Origin: Clostridia bacterium
GTDB taxonomy: Bacteria; Bacillota; Clostridia; Christensenellales; UBA1242
DNA: 64,000 nt
Direction of reading: 5' to 3'
Assembly: GCA_028709705.1 (NCBI GenBank)
Contig: JAQVWL010000004.1
Location: forward strand, 2,639-66,638
Shown here piece by piece: positions 10,201-21,387 of the stretch. Below the pieces are notes generated by a model. The model did not search any database. It saw only the letters and a list, made by a program, of their open reading frames with translations, and was not told where the DNA came from. Position 1 is the first letter of the stretch; every line of letters begins with the position of its first letter. The translations under genes and the position numbers were made by a program.

Positions 10201-13200
10201 CATAAGCACCAAATGTATAATCTTCAAAATTTGCAATGCTTGAAAGTTCACTAAACAAATTTAATGGATAATAATATTTTCCGTTGGTTGCAGTCATTGT
10301 CACATTGTTGTGATTTTTGCCAACTACTATATTAACATTTGCATAATTTTGTCCGCCACTGAAAACATTTAGTGTCAAGGTTATGCCAACAAAACTTTCG
10401 TCCACAACAAGTGTATATATTTTGCCTGATAACATAATTTCACCCAAACTTTCTTCAATGTTGTTGTCAACCATATTGATATAGTCTGCAACATTAAAGT
10501 TTTGTCCATCACGAACAACTGCGTTTTGAACGCCTGATGTTTCAAACCTTTTTAATAAATTGAATGTTCTTGTAAGTGTGACAAACTCTGTAACACTTCC
10601 GTTGGTTATTTCAAGCAAAACTTGCAAACTTAACTGCAAACTATTATTGTTATACAAAGACGAGTTTTGCGCTGGAATGTAGCCTGTGTTGTAAGTTGAA
10701 GGGTCGCCCGCATTGTGATTTGCACTTGTCAAGCCCAATCCGCTAATAATATAAGTAACTTTGTAGGTGTAACCACTTGCAACCAAGTTATTCAAATTGG
10801 CTATTTTGAAAGCATAATTGGTTGAAATTGCACCACTAACTTCAACATCATAAGCGTTGTCAACAATGCTGATTGTTGAACTTTCATAAATACTTTCATT
10901 ATTGACTGAATTGATAATTTGTGGAGTTATTGAAAGCGGATTAGATGATTGAGCACCAAGTTCAATGTAGTATTTTTGTTGGTAACCATACTTGTCCGCT
11001 ATCAAAATATAGCCCGTTTTGTTTCCATAATTTGCAATATTTGTACCTTGTTTGAGTGTTAAACTTGTTGAAGTTTTTTCAAGTTGCAAATAATCAGCAA
11101 TTTCACCCACAAGTGTAAAGGTATTGAACGCACCGCTTAATGCCAAGTTTTCAGATGTACCAGACCTAAACAAACTTATATAGTTTGGTGAGTTGTTTAT
11201 ATTTATTAAAGTTATATTTGATATTGTGTTAAGAGAACTATAATTAACAATAAGAGGATTGCCTGTTTCTTGATTTAGATTTGTTGAACTTAAATCACTT
11301 AAAAACGAGTGTTCCCAATTTGGACTGATTTTGAGTTTGACTATTGCATACGCTTCATCTGCACTTACATCATTTGCCTTGTAAGTTATCAAAACATACA
11401 CATAATTGCCGTTGTTTTCTGCACCATTTAGGGTCAAATATATTCTTGTTGTTTTGGAACCTACTTGATCGAAGACCAAAGAAACATAGTCAATCCAAGT
11501 TGTTTTTGTGCTTGTAAGCCCTGCCTTTATTAGATTGCAATAACTTGCCTTTTCGGCATTGTAATAAACAACATTTGCAGATGTTTGACTGTTTTCAAAG
11601 TTTGCGTTTGTAATTAAAATAACTTGTGCATTTATAGTTACAGCAGTGTTTGCAAAATAATCGCTTGTGTATTGGTTGCCATTGTAATGCGTTATGCCAT
11701 AAGTTTCAAAAAGGTCTATTGCACTATCGCCAACAGTATATTGCGGAGCGTAACTGTCAAATTCTTTTTCTTGGTCTTTGTTGAAATCATAAACCAATGT
11801 GTAATAATATGAACCTATTGTTATTTCAAATACATTGTTGTCAAATTTAATGTTAACTGTATTTTTTACATCAATGGCTTGTGGATTGCCTTTGTATATG
11901 TTAAAACCATTAATTGTTGAAGTACCTGCCGTAAAAAATGTTGTATAGTTGTTATAACTTAATGGATTGCCCAAATAATTTATTGTCAATCTGTTTGTCA
12001 AAAAGCAACCATCTTGTTGCAAATATGTTTTGTATATGCTGTTGTTGTTGGTGGTTGGATTGTTAAACAAATAGTCATTTTCGCCAATAGAAATAATCAA
12101 ATTTGCTAGCGAAATTGCACTACTGCCTTTCAATATCCAATCTATTGTTGTTGTTGAATTGTTGACTGTAATTTGCCCAACTTTGTTGTTTTCGGCTTTT
12201 TGGTTTATGTAAGCAGTCAAAACAGTTGGAGTGCTTGAAAGTGCATTTGATTTGAAAGTCATATGAAGTTTTGCAGTTTGATTTGAAAACAAATTTTCTG
12301 TATTTTCTGGCAAAACATAAAAGATTTCAGCTGTGTCAGTATCAAAAATTTTTGTGTCATAGAAAGTGTCGATTTGAGTTGAAAAAATATGTTGAATGTT
12401 GGAATAAAATTTGATTGTGTAGTTTGTTCTAAATGTATTGTCAACATAAATAGCAAAGGTTATTTCGCCTGTTTGATTTTGTGAAACAGCACTTGAACCT
12501 ACCCATTTTACAAACAAATAGTCATTAAAGCCAACTGCACTTTCAAGGTTGATTTCATTGTTAAGGTATGTATTTTCGCCTTTGATATAAGCAATAACAA
12601 GGTTTCCCAAAGTTACATTAATTGAAGAAACAACAATTTTTATTCTGCCCGCAATTTCGTTTAACTTGTTGGTGTCAACAATTTCGTTGCCATTGTTGTC
12701 AAACATTTTTATTCTATTTTCTTTAAATATGCTTAAACCGCTTAAACTGATGATTTCATAGTCATTGCCCACATTGTTCCAAACATTGTTTTGTGTGCTA
12801 TGATTGATATATTCTTTGTCCAAATAATATGCTTCAAAGGTGTAGTTAGCACTGCTTTCTGTATCCGCCTTTGGATAGTTTGCTTCTGGCACAACATCTG
12901 GTATCAAATAGAAAGTTATAAATGCGTCAAGCGTTATACCTTTTGTAAGTTTGAAATTGATAACTATTTTTGTGCTTTCTGTTGGGCAGGTATCAAATTT
13001 GAGTGTAAATTTGTTGGTTGACAAATCATAAGTCAAAGAAACCAAGCCTGTACCTGAATGAACTGATGCGGTTAAATTGTATTGATTTATTATATCAATA
13101 CTTTGTGTGCTATACAAATATCCAATGCTTGTTATCATATCAACAACAAATACAGAGTTGTTAACTTCGTAATCAGTTTTTGAAAAAACAATCCCGCTTG

Positions 13201-16200
13201 GACTTATGTTGTAAGCATTGTCTGAATTTGTATAATTTGATTTCAAACTTTGTTTTACTTGCAATTTAAATTCAAAATTATAATTTTCTATATAATTTTC
13301 GTTGTCAATGTCGCTCATTCTTACAATAACTTTTACAACATAATTGTCAATTTGATTTTGCGCAAAAATCAAACTATCGCCATCAACATAAGTCAAACCA
13401 TTGTCTAATGAATATTTCCAATATTCAGCGGTTGCAATAACGGTTGAACCATTATCTTCTATTGCAAAAATTGAAGTCAAATTGAAAGGAACATCGGCAA
13501 AAACTGAATAAATGTTGTCAGTTTTTTGAACAGTTGTTTGAGAGTCATTAAAAACTGGTTGCATTGAAGATGCAAAAGTTATTTCTGTGTTAAGCACTAC
13601 GCCAAATATCGTGTAATATACAAAATTTACTTTCAAATCACTAACAAGTTTGATATCTTGTTTTATACAAAGTGTTTTTTCGGTTAAATCAAGTGTAACA
13701 TAGTCCGCCAAGTTTTTACCTTCGGTCGAATAGATATGATATTTCAAACCTTCTTGTTGCGTTATACCTTTGTACAACATTTTGTCAGAAAAATCATAAA
13801 CTTCGCCACAATCAATAATTTCGCTTGATTGGTTATAATCAAAATATTCTTCACCCACCATTTGTTTTAGGTGAAAATTGTTTGAGGTATAATCATAGTT
13901 TACAATAATTTTATAAATAACTTCTTCGCCAATGTCTTGTCCGTTTATTTGTGCTTTTGCTTTTAAATAAATAACATAAGTTTGTGTAGTGTTGTTTATT
14001 ATCGTTAAAACATTGTTATTGAATGTAAAATGGTTATAAAAAGTGTTAGTATCGTAATTGTAAATATTGCCAATTGAAACCATATAAGGTGTGAAAATTA
14101 TACTTGCGTTGGTTGAAGTTTGCCAGCCAGCCAACTCACTGCCTTTTTGAAGCATAACTCTTTTTGTTGGGTTGTTGTTAACGCTGTTTGGATATTGAAC
14201 CGCCAAAGAACTGTTAAAGTCTATTATATAATTATTATTACCAGAAAAATAAACATATTCTGCTTGTTCGCTTGAAACGCCAATAACACTGCTTTCGCCC
14301 AAGTCATTGTCATAAGGATAATATATATTAAGGGAAGAATTTTTTTCTATTTTGACTCGGTATTTGGCAATAGTTATTAAATTGTCTTTTACCACCACCC
14401 AAACAACTCTGTCAACAGCAGAAAAGTCAATTTGTGGTTTTAGCAAAAAGCAAACTGAATCAAAAGTTGCATAAGTTGATGCAGTTGTTGAAATTTCGCC
14501 ATTAACTTCGTCAAAAATATTTATAACATACTTGTCCGCTTGTTGTTTTTGGTTGTAAATATACAAAGACAAACCATATCCACTTTCTTGTGTAATATTT
14601 GTTGCTTCGCTAAATTGTGTTATGGAACTAAACGCACCAATAAATGTAGTTTCGGCTGTTAAATAATCGTCAGCAATTGTGCTTGCGTTGGTAATTTGAA
14701 CCCAACCGCTTGGCACTGTTGTCAAGTCAAAAACATAATTTGTGTTTGAACTTGAAATGCTTGCAATTTGCTTGTAATAATATCCGCTATCTATGTGTGC
14801 CAAAATATACAAAATTTCGTTTGTATAATTTTTGAATGTGTATGTTGTACCAGTTAACGAAATGGTATAATTTGTTTGTAAAAGTGAAGTGTGCTTTCCG
14901 CTATCATATTTGTCAAAAATTTGGTTTTGGATAATTGTTGTTCTGTCATTCAATTTTGCAATGTCGTTGTTTATTTCTTGTGTTTTGGTTTGGTCTTGTG
15001 CATTTCCCACGCTATATTGCACATAGCCAATAGGCAAAGGACTAAACAAAACAGGGAAAATAATGTTGCCAATGCTGTTGACAAGGTGCAAGCAATATTT
15101 AGAAGTGTAAGTGTTTAAACTTTGCACTTCTATTTTGTTGGTCAAAATGTTGGTTAGTTTATAAACCAAATTGTTGGCAGGTGTTTCAAAACTTATTGAG
15201 TCTGTGTTTTTGAACAAAAGTTTTAGGTCTTGGTATGTATAATTTGTTTCGGATAAAAGAACAAGGTGCAACTTTCCATTGTAATTTTCAAAATAATAAT
15301 CAAAGTTTTCTGCTGTTTCATCGGCACCCATATTTGCAGAAACTGTTACAACTATTGAGCCAATTTTTGCGTTTCCATATTTTACATCAAGTGTTACTTT
15401 GTATGTTGATGTCAAAGATGATATTGCTCGCAAATTAAAGCCATAAATTTCAAAAATATCTTCGGTGTTTAATACCAAGTTGCCGTTTGTATTAAAGGAA
15501 TATATGTTGTTGTATTCCACATTGTCAATATCAACTTTTCCAAACACCAAACTTACTTTTGAAGTGTCAATTTCAATGTCTGCAATTATTCTTTCCAATT
15601 CTTCGCTAGACAAAAGTTGGTTATCTGCGTTTAAAGCAGAAACTTCTATTGGCAAATAAAGTGTATTGTCAACCGCATTTTTTAGTTTCAAGTTTGCGTT
15701 TATGTTCAAATAAATTGGTTGTTTGAAGTCAAAGTCTGTATTACCGCTTTTTACAAGGAACGATTTTTGCCCCAAAGAACCAACATCAAAGTTGACAGTG
15801 ATTGTTGCATTTGCCAACAAAGTGTTTGTAAAGGCAAGAGTTTTGCCAGAGTCTTTGAAATTAAAAGTGTTGCCATTTTCATCACTTGGGCAAGTCATAC
15901 TAAAATTTTCATAAAGTTTTAGGGTGTAAGTCACTGCAATGTCAACATTGTTATCGCTAAAAATACCTTTATATTCGTTAGCAAGAGTAATTGATGATGC
16001 TCCGCTTTGTTCAGTTGCAGTAGAAATAGAATACGTAGCAACAATATTTTGTTTGATTGAAAGTTCAATAAGTATGTTTATACCCAAGCCTGTTGTTGCA
16101 AGCAAGTTGATTTTTATTTCGTTGTCAATTGATTTGTTTATGGTAATATAACTTCCATTTTCACTTAAAGTAAGAACACCGTTATATGTTGTTTGCCAAT

Positions 16201-19144
16201 TTTCATAAACATTTTTCCAATCTGTTGTATAAATTTTGTATTTGATAATGTTGCAAAGTTCAAAAATGTCATCATTTGCATCTTTAAACTCAATATTAAG
16301 CAAGCCATTTCTGCCCGACAAGTTTATGACAGACTCTTTTGCACCGTATCTTGTAATATTTATAATGTCATTGCTGTTTGCAGAAAAAGATTGAAAATCA
16401 TCACTAAAAGTGCCTTCGCTAATGCCTGCGTTATAGTTTGAGGACTCTATTGTTCCGGCATTGCTTTGACTAGCAACAAACAAGGTTGCGTTTGGTGGGT
16501 TGAGGATAGAAGCAGAAGAAGAATAATTGTTGATTGTTATCACAACATTGTTTTGATTTGTTGTTAAACTGTAATCAGTTGCTGACAAAACAATTTGATT
16601 TCCGTATTTGTCAAAAAATTTTATTTTGTATGTATTATCTTCATTTAACACACTTTCGGTAACATTTTCATCTTGCAAGTTTTTGTATATAGCTGAAACA
16701 TTGCTTGCATAATATTTTGTTATGTCGCCATCGTCAAATTCTTCACCTTTTTCAATAATATAAGATTTTTCCAAATAATCAGTTTCGGTTGTTGCAATAC
16801 CAAATTCAACACTATATGCTTTTCCATCAAAAACTTCTATTATGGCATTATAACTTGGGTCGTATGTAAATTCTTCCAAATCCCCGCTAAAAATAACCTT
16901 GCTAATATATTCACTTGAAGTTAAGTCATCGGTTTTTTCATAAAATAATTTGATCGTCAACTGTGTGTCGGTTTCACAAATTGTTGTATATGCGTTAAAA
17001 GAAATTGTATAACTATCTTCGTCTTGGCTTTTTATTGTATAATTGTTATCAAACGAGATTGCCAAACTTTCAAGGTTGTTTTTGTATGCTTTCAAATAGA
17101 TTTTGCCGTTGTTCCAAGCATTTTCAAACAACTCAATTTCTTTTTCAATCGTTGTGTTTTCATTGGCAGTTATTTTTAAATTTACCTTAAAAACACTTTC
17201 GCTTTGGTTTTGAACAAAGGCAATTTTGTCTAAAACATTTTCTATTGCTGTGCTTGTGTTTTTCAAACTATTCAAATCACTAACTTCAATTTCGGCGGTA
17301 AGGTTTTGAATTGTTTTGCTAACATCAACCACCAAGTTTTTGTAATCTTCCAACCCAACACTTGAAGTGGAAATTGAACAAATTTCATATTTTCCATCAG
17401 TTATAATTGGTTGACCAAGATAATCGGTTTTTATAACAACAGCAACAATGTTTGCAACTCCGTCTTTGTATGCGGTTAAAATATCCCCTGTTATTTCAAA
17501 CAAACTTGCCGTTATGCCATATCCAGACAAGTCATAATAAGTTGTGCCTCTTATATTTTGGATAAATGTTGCAATTTCATAATCAGCAGAATATGCCAAA
17601 AATTTGATGGTTGTGTAGGTTGCATTTGGGTTTGACAAATAAATGTTGTTTTTTAAAGAATATTCGGCAATTATTTGCTCTGTTCCAATGTTTGAATCCA
17701 CAAAAATCAAGTTTACATCTGTTTCATTTACCCAATTTAAAGCAGTTGCTGTTGCCAAAGTTGAAGCGTATGGCGAAGCAGTGCTTAAAGCACGTTCTTC
17801 AATGTTAATTGTATCATTGTTTTCAAACAAATATGCTTCAAAAAATATTTCAAGGTTTGAAGTTATAGGAACAACATTCCAATAACTATTGTTAGCATTG
17901 TATGCCACCATTTTGGGAAAATAATATTTGTCATAGGTTGTATTGTAAGTTTCTTCGCTTTCAACAGGCAAAAATTGACCTGTTGTTTCATTTTGATAAA
18001 ATGCACCTTTGTTTGAAGCGTTTGGCGCAAAACCAAACTTGGTATAATTTACAAAAATCAATTCGCTGTCGGTTGCTGGGCGGGCTTGTCCACCTTCCAT
18101 AATATACGCCCTAACACCAACATCGGCAATTTTGTTTTGCAAAAGTGAATTGTCGCTTCCATTTATTACAATGCCAAAATTTGCAACCGTACTGCTAGTG
18201 CTGTAAGCAACTATTTTGTTTATGGTATTTGTTTTTAATGTAAATGCAGTGTCAGAAATGGAAAATACACTAACTGTACGGTTAGTGAAAGTAAGAACTT
18301 GTGAATTTTGAATACCGTTTGTAGCGCTTAAAATTGCGGAGATTAAATCATTTTCAGTTATGTTGGGTTGATTTGCATAATCGTCTTCAACAACCGCTGA
18401 ATTGAAACAATATGCTTTTACATCAACTTCACTAACTACTTTCAAAACATCAAAACCATAAACATATGGTTTGCCTGCTTGTTGCATTGCAGTTATCATT
18501 TCTTGATTTTCTGCTATGCTTCCATTTGTGTTTGCAGAAATGTCAAAAAAAATTTTTTTGGTTTCATTTGTGCTGTATTTATATATACTGTTTTTTGGCA
18601 AAAATACTGCTTCGGCATAAAAACTTTCGCCAAGTGCAAAGGTTGTGCTTGGTATTTGACTTTCGGGGTTGGAATATGTTGTCACGCTTATACTGTCAAC
18701 CGGCACATCAATGAAAACATTTGTGTTTATATCAATAACGCGGTCAGATTCGCTTGAAGCAATAATGTTAGAAATACCGCCAACTATCCAGTCTTTGTCA
18801 AGTTCTTCATTGAATGCCTTTATTACTTGAACGGTGAATGAACGATTTAGGTACACTGTTTTAGGAATTGTGATTTTGCCATCTGTGATTTTGCCATCAA
18901 CTATTGATCCGATTTGATTTTCAAGGGAAAGTGTGACAGAGGTTTGGGTTACATTTTCAGTTGTTGACAAAATTTTTATGGTAAAATCTCCATCAACATA
19001 GTAATTGTTTTTTTCAAAATATATATTTGTAGGTTCAACAATATCACGATTAAAACTGCCGGCAACATACATAATGCCAAGCGCACCGCTTACAACTCCA
19101 ACAAGTGAGAAGAAACATGCTAAAAATATTTTAATAAACCTCAT
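7250..19144 (-). CDS. Giant (3964 aa) predicted exported/surface protein, beta-rich, function unknown
   Basis: Uninterrupted 11,895-bp ORF; AGGAG SD; N-terminal hydrophobic segment; T/N/S/Y/I-rich composition. Confidence 0.85.
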   Translation of the reverse strand: MRFIKIFLACFFSLVGVVSGALGIMYVAGSFNRDIVEPTNIYFEKNNYYVDGDFTIKILSTTENVTQTSVTLSLENQIGSIVDGKITDGKITIPKTVYLNRSFTVQVIKAFNEELDKDWIVGGISNIIASSESDRVIDINTNVFIDVPVDSISVTTYSNPESQIPSTTFALGESFYAEAVFLPKNSIYKYSTNETKKIFFDISANTNGSIAENQEMITAMQQAGKPYVYGFDVLKVVSEVDVKAYCFNSAVVEDDYANQPNITENDLISAILSATNGIQNSQVLTFTNRTVSVFSISDTAFTLKTNTINKIVAYSTSSTVANFGIVINGSDNSLLQNKIADVGVRAYIMEGGQARPATDSELIFVNYTKFGFAPNASNKGAFYQNETTGQFLPVESEETYNTTYDKYYFPKMVAYNANNSYWNVVPITSNLEIFFEAYLFENNDTINIEERALSTASPYASTLATATALNWVNETDVNLIFVDSNIGTEQIIAEYSLKNNIYLSNPNATYTTIKFLAYSADYEIATFIQNIRGTTYYDLSGYGITASLFEITGDILTAYKDGVANIVAVVIKTDYLGQPIITDGKYEICSISTSSVGLEDYKNLVVDVSKTIQNLTAEIEVSDLNSLKNTSTAIENVLDKIAFVQNQSESVFKVNLKITANENTTIEKEIELFENAWNNGKIYLKAYKNNLESLAISFDNNYTIKSQDEDSYTISFNAYTTICETDTQLTIKLFYEKTDDLTSSEYISKVIFSGDLEEFTYDPSYNAIIEVFDGKAYSVEFGIATTETDYLEKSYIIEKGEEFDDGDITKYYASNVSAIYKNLQDENVTESVLNEDNTYKIKFFDKYGNQIVLSATDYSLTTNQNNVVITINNYSSSASILNPPNATLFVASQSNAGTIESSNYNAGISEGTFSDDFQSFSANSNDIINITRYGAKESVINLSGRNGLLNIEFKDANDDIFELCNIIKYKIYTTDWKNVYENWQTTYNGVLTLSENGSYITINKSIDNEIKINLLATTGLGINILIELSIKQNIVATYSISTATEQSGASSITLANEYKGIFSDNNVDIAVTYTLKLYENFSMTCPSDENGNTFNFKDSGKTLAFTNTLLANATITVNFDVGSLGQKSFLVKSGNTDFDFKQPIYLNINANLKLKNAVDNTLYLPIEVSALNADNQLLSSEELERIIADIEIDTSKVSLVFGKVDIDNVEYNNIYSFNTNGNLVLNTEDIFEIYGFNLRAISSLTSTYKVTLDVKYGNAKIGSIVVTVSANMGADETAENFDYYFENYNGKLHLVLLSETNYTYQDLKLLFKNTDSISFETPANNLVYKLTNILTNKIEVQSLNTYTSKYCLHLVNSIGNIIFPVLFSPLPIGYVQYSVGNAQDQTKTQEINNDIAKLNDRTTIIQNQIFDKYDSGKHTSLLQTNYTISLTGTTYTFKNYTNEILYILAHIDSGYYYKQIASISSSNTNYVFDLTTVPSGWVQITNASTIADDYLTAETTFIGAFSSITQFSEATNITQESGYGLSLYIYNQKQQADKYVINIFDEVNGEISTTASTYATFDSVCFLLKPQIDFSAVDRVVWVVVKDNLITIAKYRVKIEKNSSLNIYYPYDNDLGESSVIGVSSEQAEYVYFSGNNNYIIDFNSSLAVQYPNSVNNNPTKRVMLQKGSELAGWQTSTNASIIFTPYMVSIGNIYNYDTNTFYNHFTFNNNVLTIINNTTQTYVIYLKAKAQINGQDIGEEVIYKIIVNYDYTSNNFHLKQMVGEEYFDYNQSSEIIDCGEVYDFSDKMLYKGITQQEGLKYHIYSTEGKNLADYVTLDLTEKTLCIKQDIKLVSDLKVNFVYYTIFGVVLNTEITFASSMQPVFNDSQTTVQKTDNIYSVFADVPFNLTSIFAIEDNGSTVIATAEYWKYSLDNGLTYVDGDSLIFAQNQIDNYVVKVIVRMSDIDNENYIENYNFEFKLQVKQSLKSNYTNSDNAYNISPSGIVFSKTDYEVNNSVFVVDMITSIGYLYSTQSIDIINQYNLTASVHSGTGLVSLTYDLSTNKFTLKFDTCPTESTKIVINFKLTKGITLDAFITFYLIPDVVPEANYPKADTESSANYTFEAYYLDKEYINHSTQNNVWNNVGNDYEIISLSGLSIFKENRIKMFDNNGNEIVDTNKLNEIAGRIKIVVSSINVTLGNLVIAYIKGENTYLNNEINLESAVGFNDYLFVKWVGSSAVSQNQTGEITFAIYVDNTFRTNYTIKFYSNIQHIFSTQIDTFYDTKIFDTDTAEIFYVLPENTENLFSNQTAKLHMTFKSNALSSTPTVLTAYINQKAENNKVGQITVNNSTTTIDWILKGSSAISLANLIISIGENDYLFNNPTTNNNSIYKTYLQQDGCFLTNRLTINYLGNPLSYNNYTTFFTAGTSTINGFNIYKGNPQAIDVKNTVNIKFDNNVFEITIGSYYYTLVYDFNKDQEKEFDSYAPQYTVGDSAIDLFETYGITHYNGNQYTSDYFANTAVTINAQVILITNANFENSQTSANVVYYNAEKASYCNLIKAGLTSTKTTWIDYVSLVFDQVGSKTTRIYLTLNGAENNGNYVYVLITYKANDVSADEAYAIVKLKISPNWEHSFLSDLSSTNLNQETGNPLIVNYSSLNTISNITLININNSPNYISLFRSGTSENLALSGAFNTFTLVGEIADYLQLEKTSTSLTLKQGTNIANYGNKTGYILIADKYGYQQKYYIELGAQSSNPLSITPQIINSVNNESIYESSTISIVDNAYDVEVSGAISTNYAFKIANLNNLVASGYTYKVTYIISGLGLTSANHNAGDPSTYNTGYIPAQNSSLYNNNSLQLSLQVLLEITNGSVTEFVTLTRTFNLLKRFETSGVQNAVVRDGQNFNVADYINMVDNNIEESLGEIMLSGKIYTLVVDESFVGITLTLNVFSGGQNYANVNIVVGKNHNNVTMTATNGKYYYPLNLFSELSSIANFEDYTFGAYGQGVPSTLPNPTDTVPTGQSVYLIKDKCLSIVTSNNNPTEQITSALNNGPYKVLIPFALNFDGKQNKSIYEAITNLQNPDYPISTLLNNIQGYELDRTKISTADLQLLKGIKLYNDTLVLKIDEGMINKYYNVIVYYDGTNYKETSSRIIYNYAHFVYISISSILGNELGLNEEGVYKIEVVYAIGNIPSGTQNLYLSKIDIDGFDLTPEVTVNSNSYIYTLTINIFRIQELEINVESQMFEDKISVLTAQDFVNRIKTSVNKYYLVKYIKDDVVYSVSVSYSVTPKYYTIDNNGDIGGAGKKIVYANQYTLLYNSQYSYYYYEIDFNTWANAYNLLDKNGNVLTTVRDATEDLVFQIQSEEGSGAAILDANNKIVTTSSFTEQHTVKIAVYVKVFKDKVANIFDYVYIDTIEVSISKDTLYVPVAGNYNVIISATLSGRIYSINIQHQFTSTTETIAKLIATNTNLAPLVLNGQIGFATSGSTTYVSPSNCDFSVVNVINDIYNATYDGSKLNIKINLDETQNSIGKVISLQAVGRGIVNTNLTQESNIFQITVGYDTVNNQYNLTASIGTGEDIVYLSDTPFTKVSGYYNVALDLNGLRGIFENIFVGTDYSYSINIIEILNNDVLNIVYSNDTVEANLDDTLFFHIAYTDSSNNSSSKIVGLKYTQDNQNYSGNYGYALDVSILNLTNIVNYTVSFLGGFDLDCENNISYNLLIKVVEGNSINTKYSLAHILYYSDTSIFEVIDYANSMKLVPQNENNTISIYEEEPSGTTLTKIKISSTATSNKTYYYGVYIDSVSTMQMFGLATTGTDLYIDVTTFATAGIVVKNCNTVAVKLNGEILPLFESSSTATTYWKSTKNSTTILYTKTDITKTTFVKNEETITILTFDITPGLDGSSFTSSTLVTENTNIIDLTAISGTVESTYTYTFELSQNNISLGSVQINGDQLSAVNITDILTNLEVSFENGNYKFVYISFDDNIPD

Positions 19145-19185
19145 ATTGTTCTCCTAAGTATATTATTTATATATATTTATATTTT

Positions 19186-19214
19186 ATTATATATTTTTTT
19201 ACAAATTAAGTCAA
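19186..19214 (-). promoter_or_regulatory. SigmaA promoter of the giant gene
   Basis: TTGACT-17 nt-TATAAT on the minus strand. Confidence 0.75.
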
Positions 19215-19358
19215 ACAAAAAACGACCAATTAATTGCGTTTTTAAAATTATATTTGGCAAAAAAAATAATAAAAAATAATTTATTATTTATTTATTTTAA
19301 TAAAAATAAAAAAATACCTCAAAACCGTTATTTTTGGTATTTTTAAGGTATTTATTTA

Positions 19359-20627
19359 TTAATTATTTACAACAACTTTTTCTTTTTTTTCTAGTATTAT
19401 TGGGTCTGTTTTATCTTTTATATATTTTTCATTTATTATTATTTTTTCTATATCCAAATTGTTGGGTGTGTCAAACATAAGTTCAAGCATTGTGTCTTCC
19501 AAAATTGTTCTTAACCCCCTTGCTCCTGTTTTAAGTTTTAATGCCTTTTTTGCAATCGCCCTTATCGCTTCTGGTTCAAACTCCAAATCAACATTGTCAA
19601 TTTTAAACATTTTTTTGTATTGTTTTATAATAGAATTTTTTGGTTCGGTCAAAATTTTTACCAAAGCACTTTCGTTTAAATTTGTCAAGCCAACAACAAC
19701 AGGAAGTCTGCCAACAAATTCCGGAATAAGACCAAACTTTATCAAATCTTGCGGTTGCAAACTTTTGATATAGTTTATGCTTTCTTGTTCGACTTTTGAC
19801 TTTATTGTTGCATTAAAACCAAGGGAGTTGTTCGTTGATTTTTGTGCAACAATTTTGTCAAGCCCAACAAAAGCACCGCCACAGATAAACAAAATGTTTG
19901 TTGTGTCTATTTGTATCATTTCTTGGTGCGGGTGCTTTCTGCCACCTTGTGGAGGAACGCTTGCAACAGTGCTTTCAATTATTTTTAAAAGTGCTTGTTG
20001 CACACCTTCCCCAGAAACATCTCTTGTTATAGAAACATTTTGCGTTTTGCGGGCAATTTTGTCAATTTCATCAATATAAATTATTCCCCTTTGGGCTTTT
20101 GAAATGTCATAATCCGCATTTTGAATAAGTTTTAGCAAAACATTTTCAACATCATCGCCAACATAACCTGCCTCGGTTAAAGTTGTTGCATCTGCAGAAG
20201 CAAATGGCACTTTCAAAATTTTGGCAAGGGTTTTTGCGAGCAAAGTTTTCCCACTGCCCGTTGGACCAATCATCAAAATATTGCTTTTTTCAAGTTCAAC
20301 AAGTGCATCATTGCCATTGATTTCTTTTTTTGCAACCATATTATAATTTATTCTTTTGTAATGATTATAAACGGCAACAGAAAGCACTTTTTTTGCATCA
20401 TCTTGCCCAACAATATATTCATCTAATTGTTTTTTTATTTGCATTGGTGTTGGCAAATCTATTGAAGTTTCAACAGTTGTAACTTTGTCTTCTTTGATAA
20501 TATCTTTGCAAATTTCTACACATTCATCACAAATATAGCAACTTCCATCAGGACTTGCTATCAATCGTTTTGCCAAATTTTGTGGCTTTCCACAAAAAGA
20601 ACAAATTAGGTCGTTATTACTTTTCAA
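19359..20627 (-). CDS. clpX: ATP-dependent Clp protease ATPase ClpX
   Basis: CSFC..CDEC zinc finger, [33 protein letters not shown]. Confidence 0.98.
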   Translation of the reverse strand: MKSNNDLICSFCGKPQNLAKRLIASPDGSCYICDECVEICKDIIKEDKVTTVETSIDLPTPMQIKKQLDEYIVGQDDAKKVLSVAVYNHYKRINYNMVAKKEINGNDALVELEKSNILMIGPTGSGKTLLAKTLAKILKVPFASADATTLTEAGYVGDDVENVLLKLIQNADYDISKAQRGIIYIDEIDKIARKTQNVSITRDVSGEGVQQALLKIIESTVASVPPQGGRKHPHQEMIQIDTTNILFICGGAFVGLDKIVAQKSTNNSLGFNATIKSKVEQESINYIKSLQPQDLIKFGLIPEFVGRLPVVVGLTNLNESALVKILTEPKNSIIKQYKKMFKIDNVDLEFEPEAIRAIAKKALKLKTGARGLRTILEDTMLELMFDTPNNLDIEKIIINEKYIKDKTDPIILEKKEKVVVNN

Positions 20628-20771
20628 AATATTTTCCTTTTAAATTTTTATTTATTATTAGCAACAAAAAAAATTAATATACTTGTTATAATATCCAAAA
20701 AAGTGGGCAAAATTTACAAATTTATTTTATGGTACATTTTGCCAAAAAATTAGTCAAAACAAAAATTTGCA

Positions 20772-21368
20772 TTATTTTTTTTCAATATCGCGTGCAACAA
20801 AAATTTTGTCAACAATACCATATTCTTTTGCTTCATCTGCTGACATATTATAGTCCCTGTCTGTATCTTTTTTTATTTTTTCTAGTGTTTGCCCTGTTTG
20901 TTCGCTAAGTTTTTTGTTCAAATAGTCTTTTTGTTTTTTTACTGCATCTGCAAGAATTTCTATGTCAGAAACCTGCCCGCCCGCACCGTTTAAATGCGGT
21001 TGGTGGATAAGAATTTGACTGCTTGGCAAGGCAAAACGCTTGCCTTTTGCACCACTGCTTAAAAGAAAAGCACCCATTGATGCCGCCATACCCACGCAAA
21101 TGGTGGAAACATCGCATTTTATATAGTTCATTGTGTCAAAAACAGCCAACCCAGCGGTCACGCTTCCACCCGGACTGTTGATATAAAGATAAATATCTTT
21201 GTCGGGATTTTTGCCTTCTAGATAAATAAGTTGGGCAACAATAGTGTTGGCAACAGCATCATCAATAGGACCTGTCAAAAAAATAATTCTATCTTCCAAA
21301 AGTCTTGAATAAATATCGTAAGACCTTTCCCCATTGGGTGTTTGGTCCACTACCATTGGCACTAACAT
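20772..21368 (-). CDS. clpP: Clp protease proteolytic subunit
   Basis: [28 protein letters not shown]. Confidence 0.98.
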   Translation of the reverse strand: MLVPMVVDQTPNGERSYDIYSRLLEDRIIFLTGPIDDAVANTIVAQLIYLEGKNPDKDIYLYINSPGGSVTAGLAVFDTMNYIKCDVSTICVGMAASMGAFLLSSGAKGKRFALPSSQILIHQPHLNGAGGQVSDIEILADAVKKQKDYLNKKLSEQTGQTLEKIKKDTDRDYNMSADEAKEYGIVDKIFVARDIEKK

Positions 21369-21387
21369 ATTATTTTTCCTCCAAAAT

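Noticed and set aside
7428-18757. Numerous 60-130 aa antisense ORFs in the track within the giant gene (and opposite other genes)
   Set aside because: These are shadow frames of real genes, with no SD and no recognisable motifs.
7250-19144. Giant protein as RHS/RTX toxin, NRPS/PKS or diversity-generating retroelement target
   Set aside because: No YD or GGxGxD repeats, no adenylation or ketosynthase motifs, no nearby reverse transcriptase and no visible template-repeat pair.
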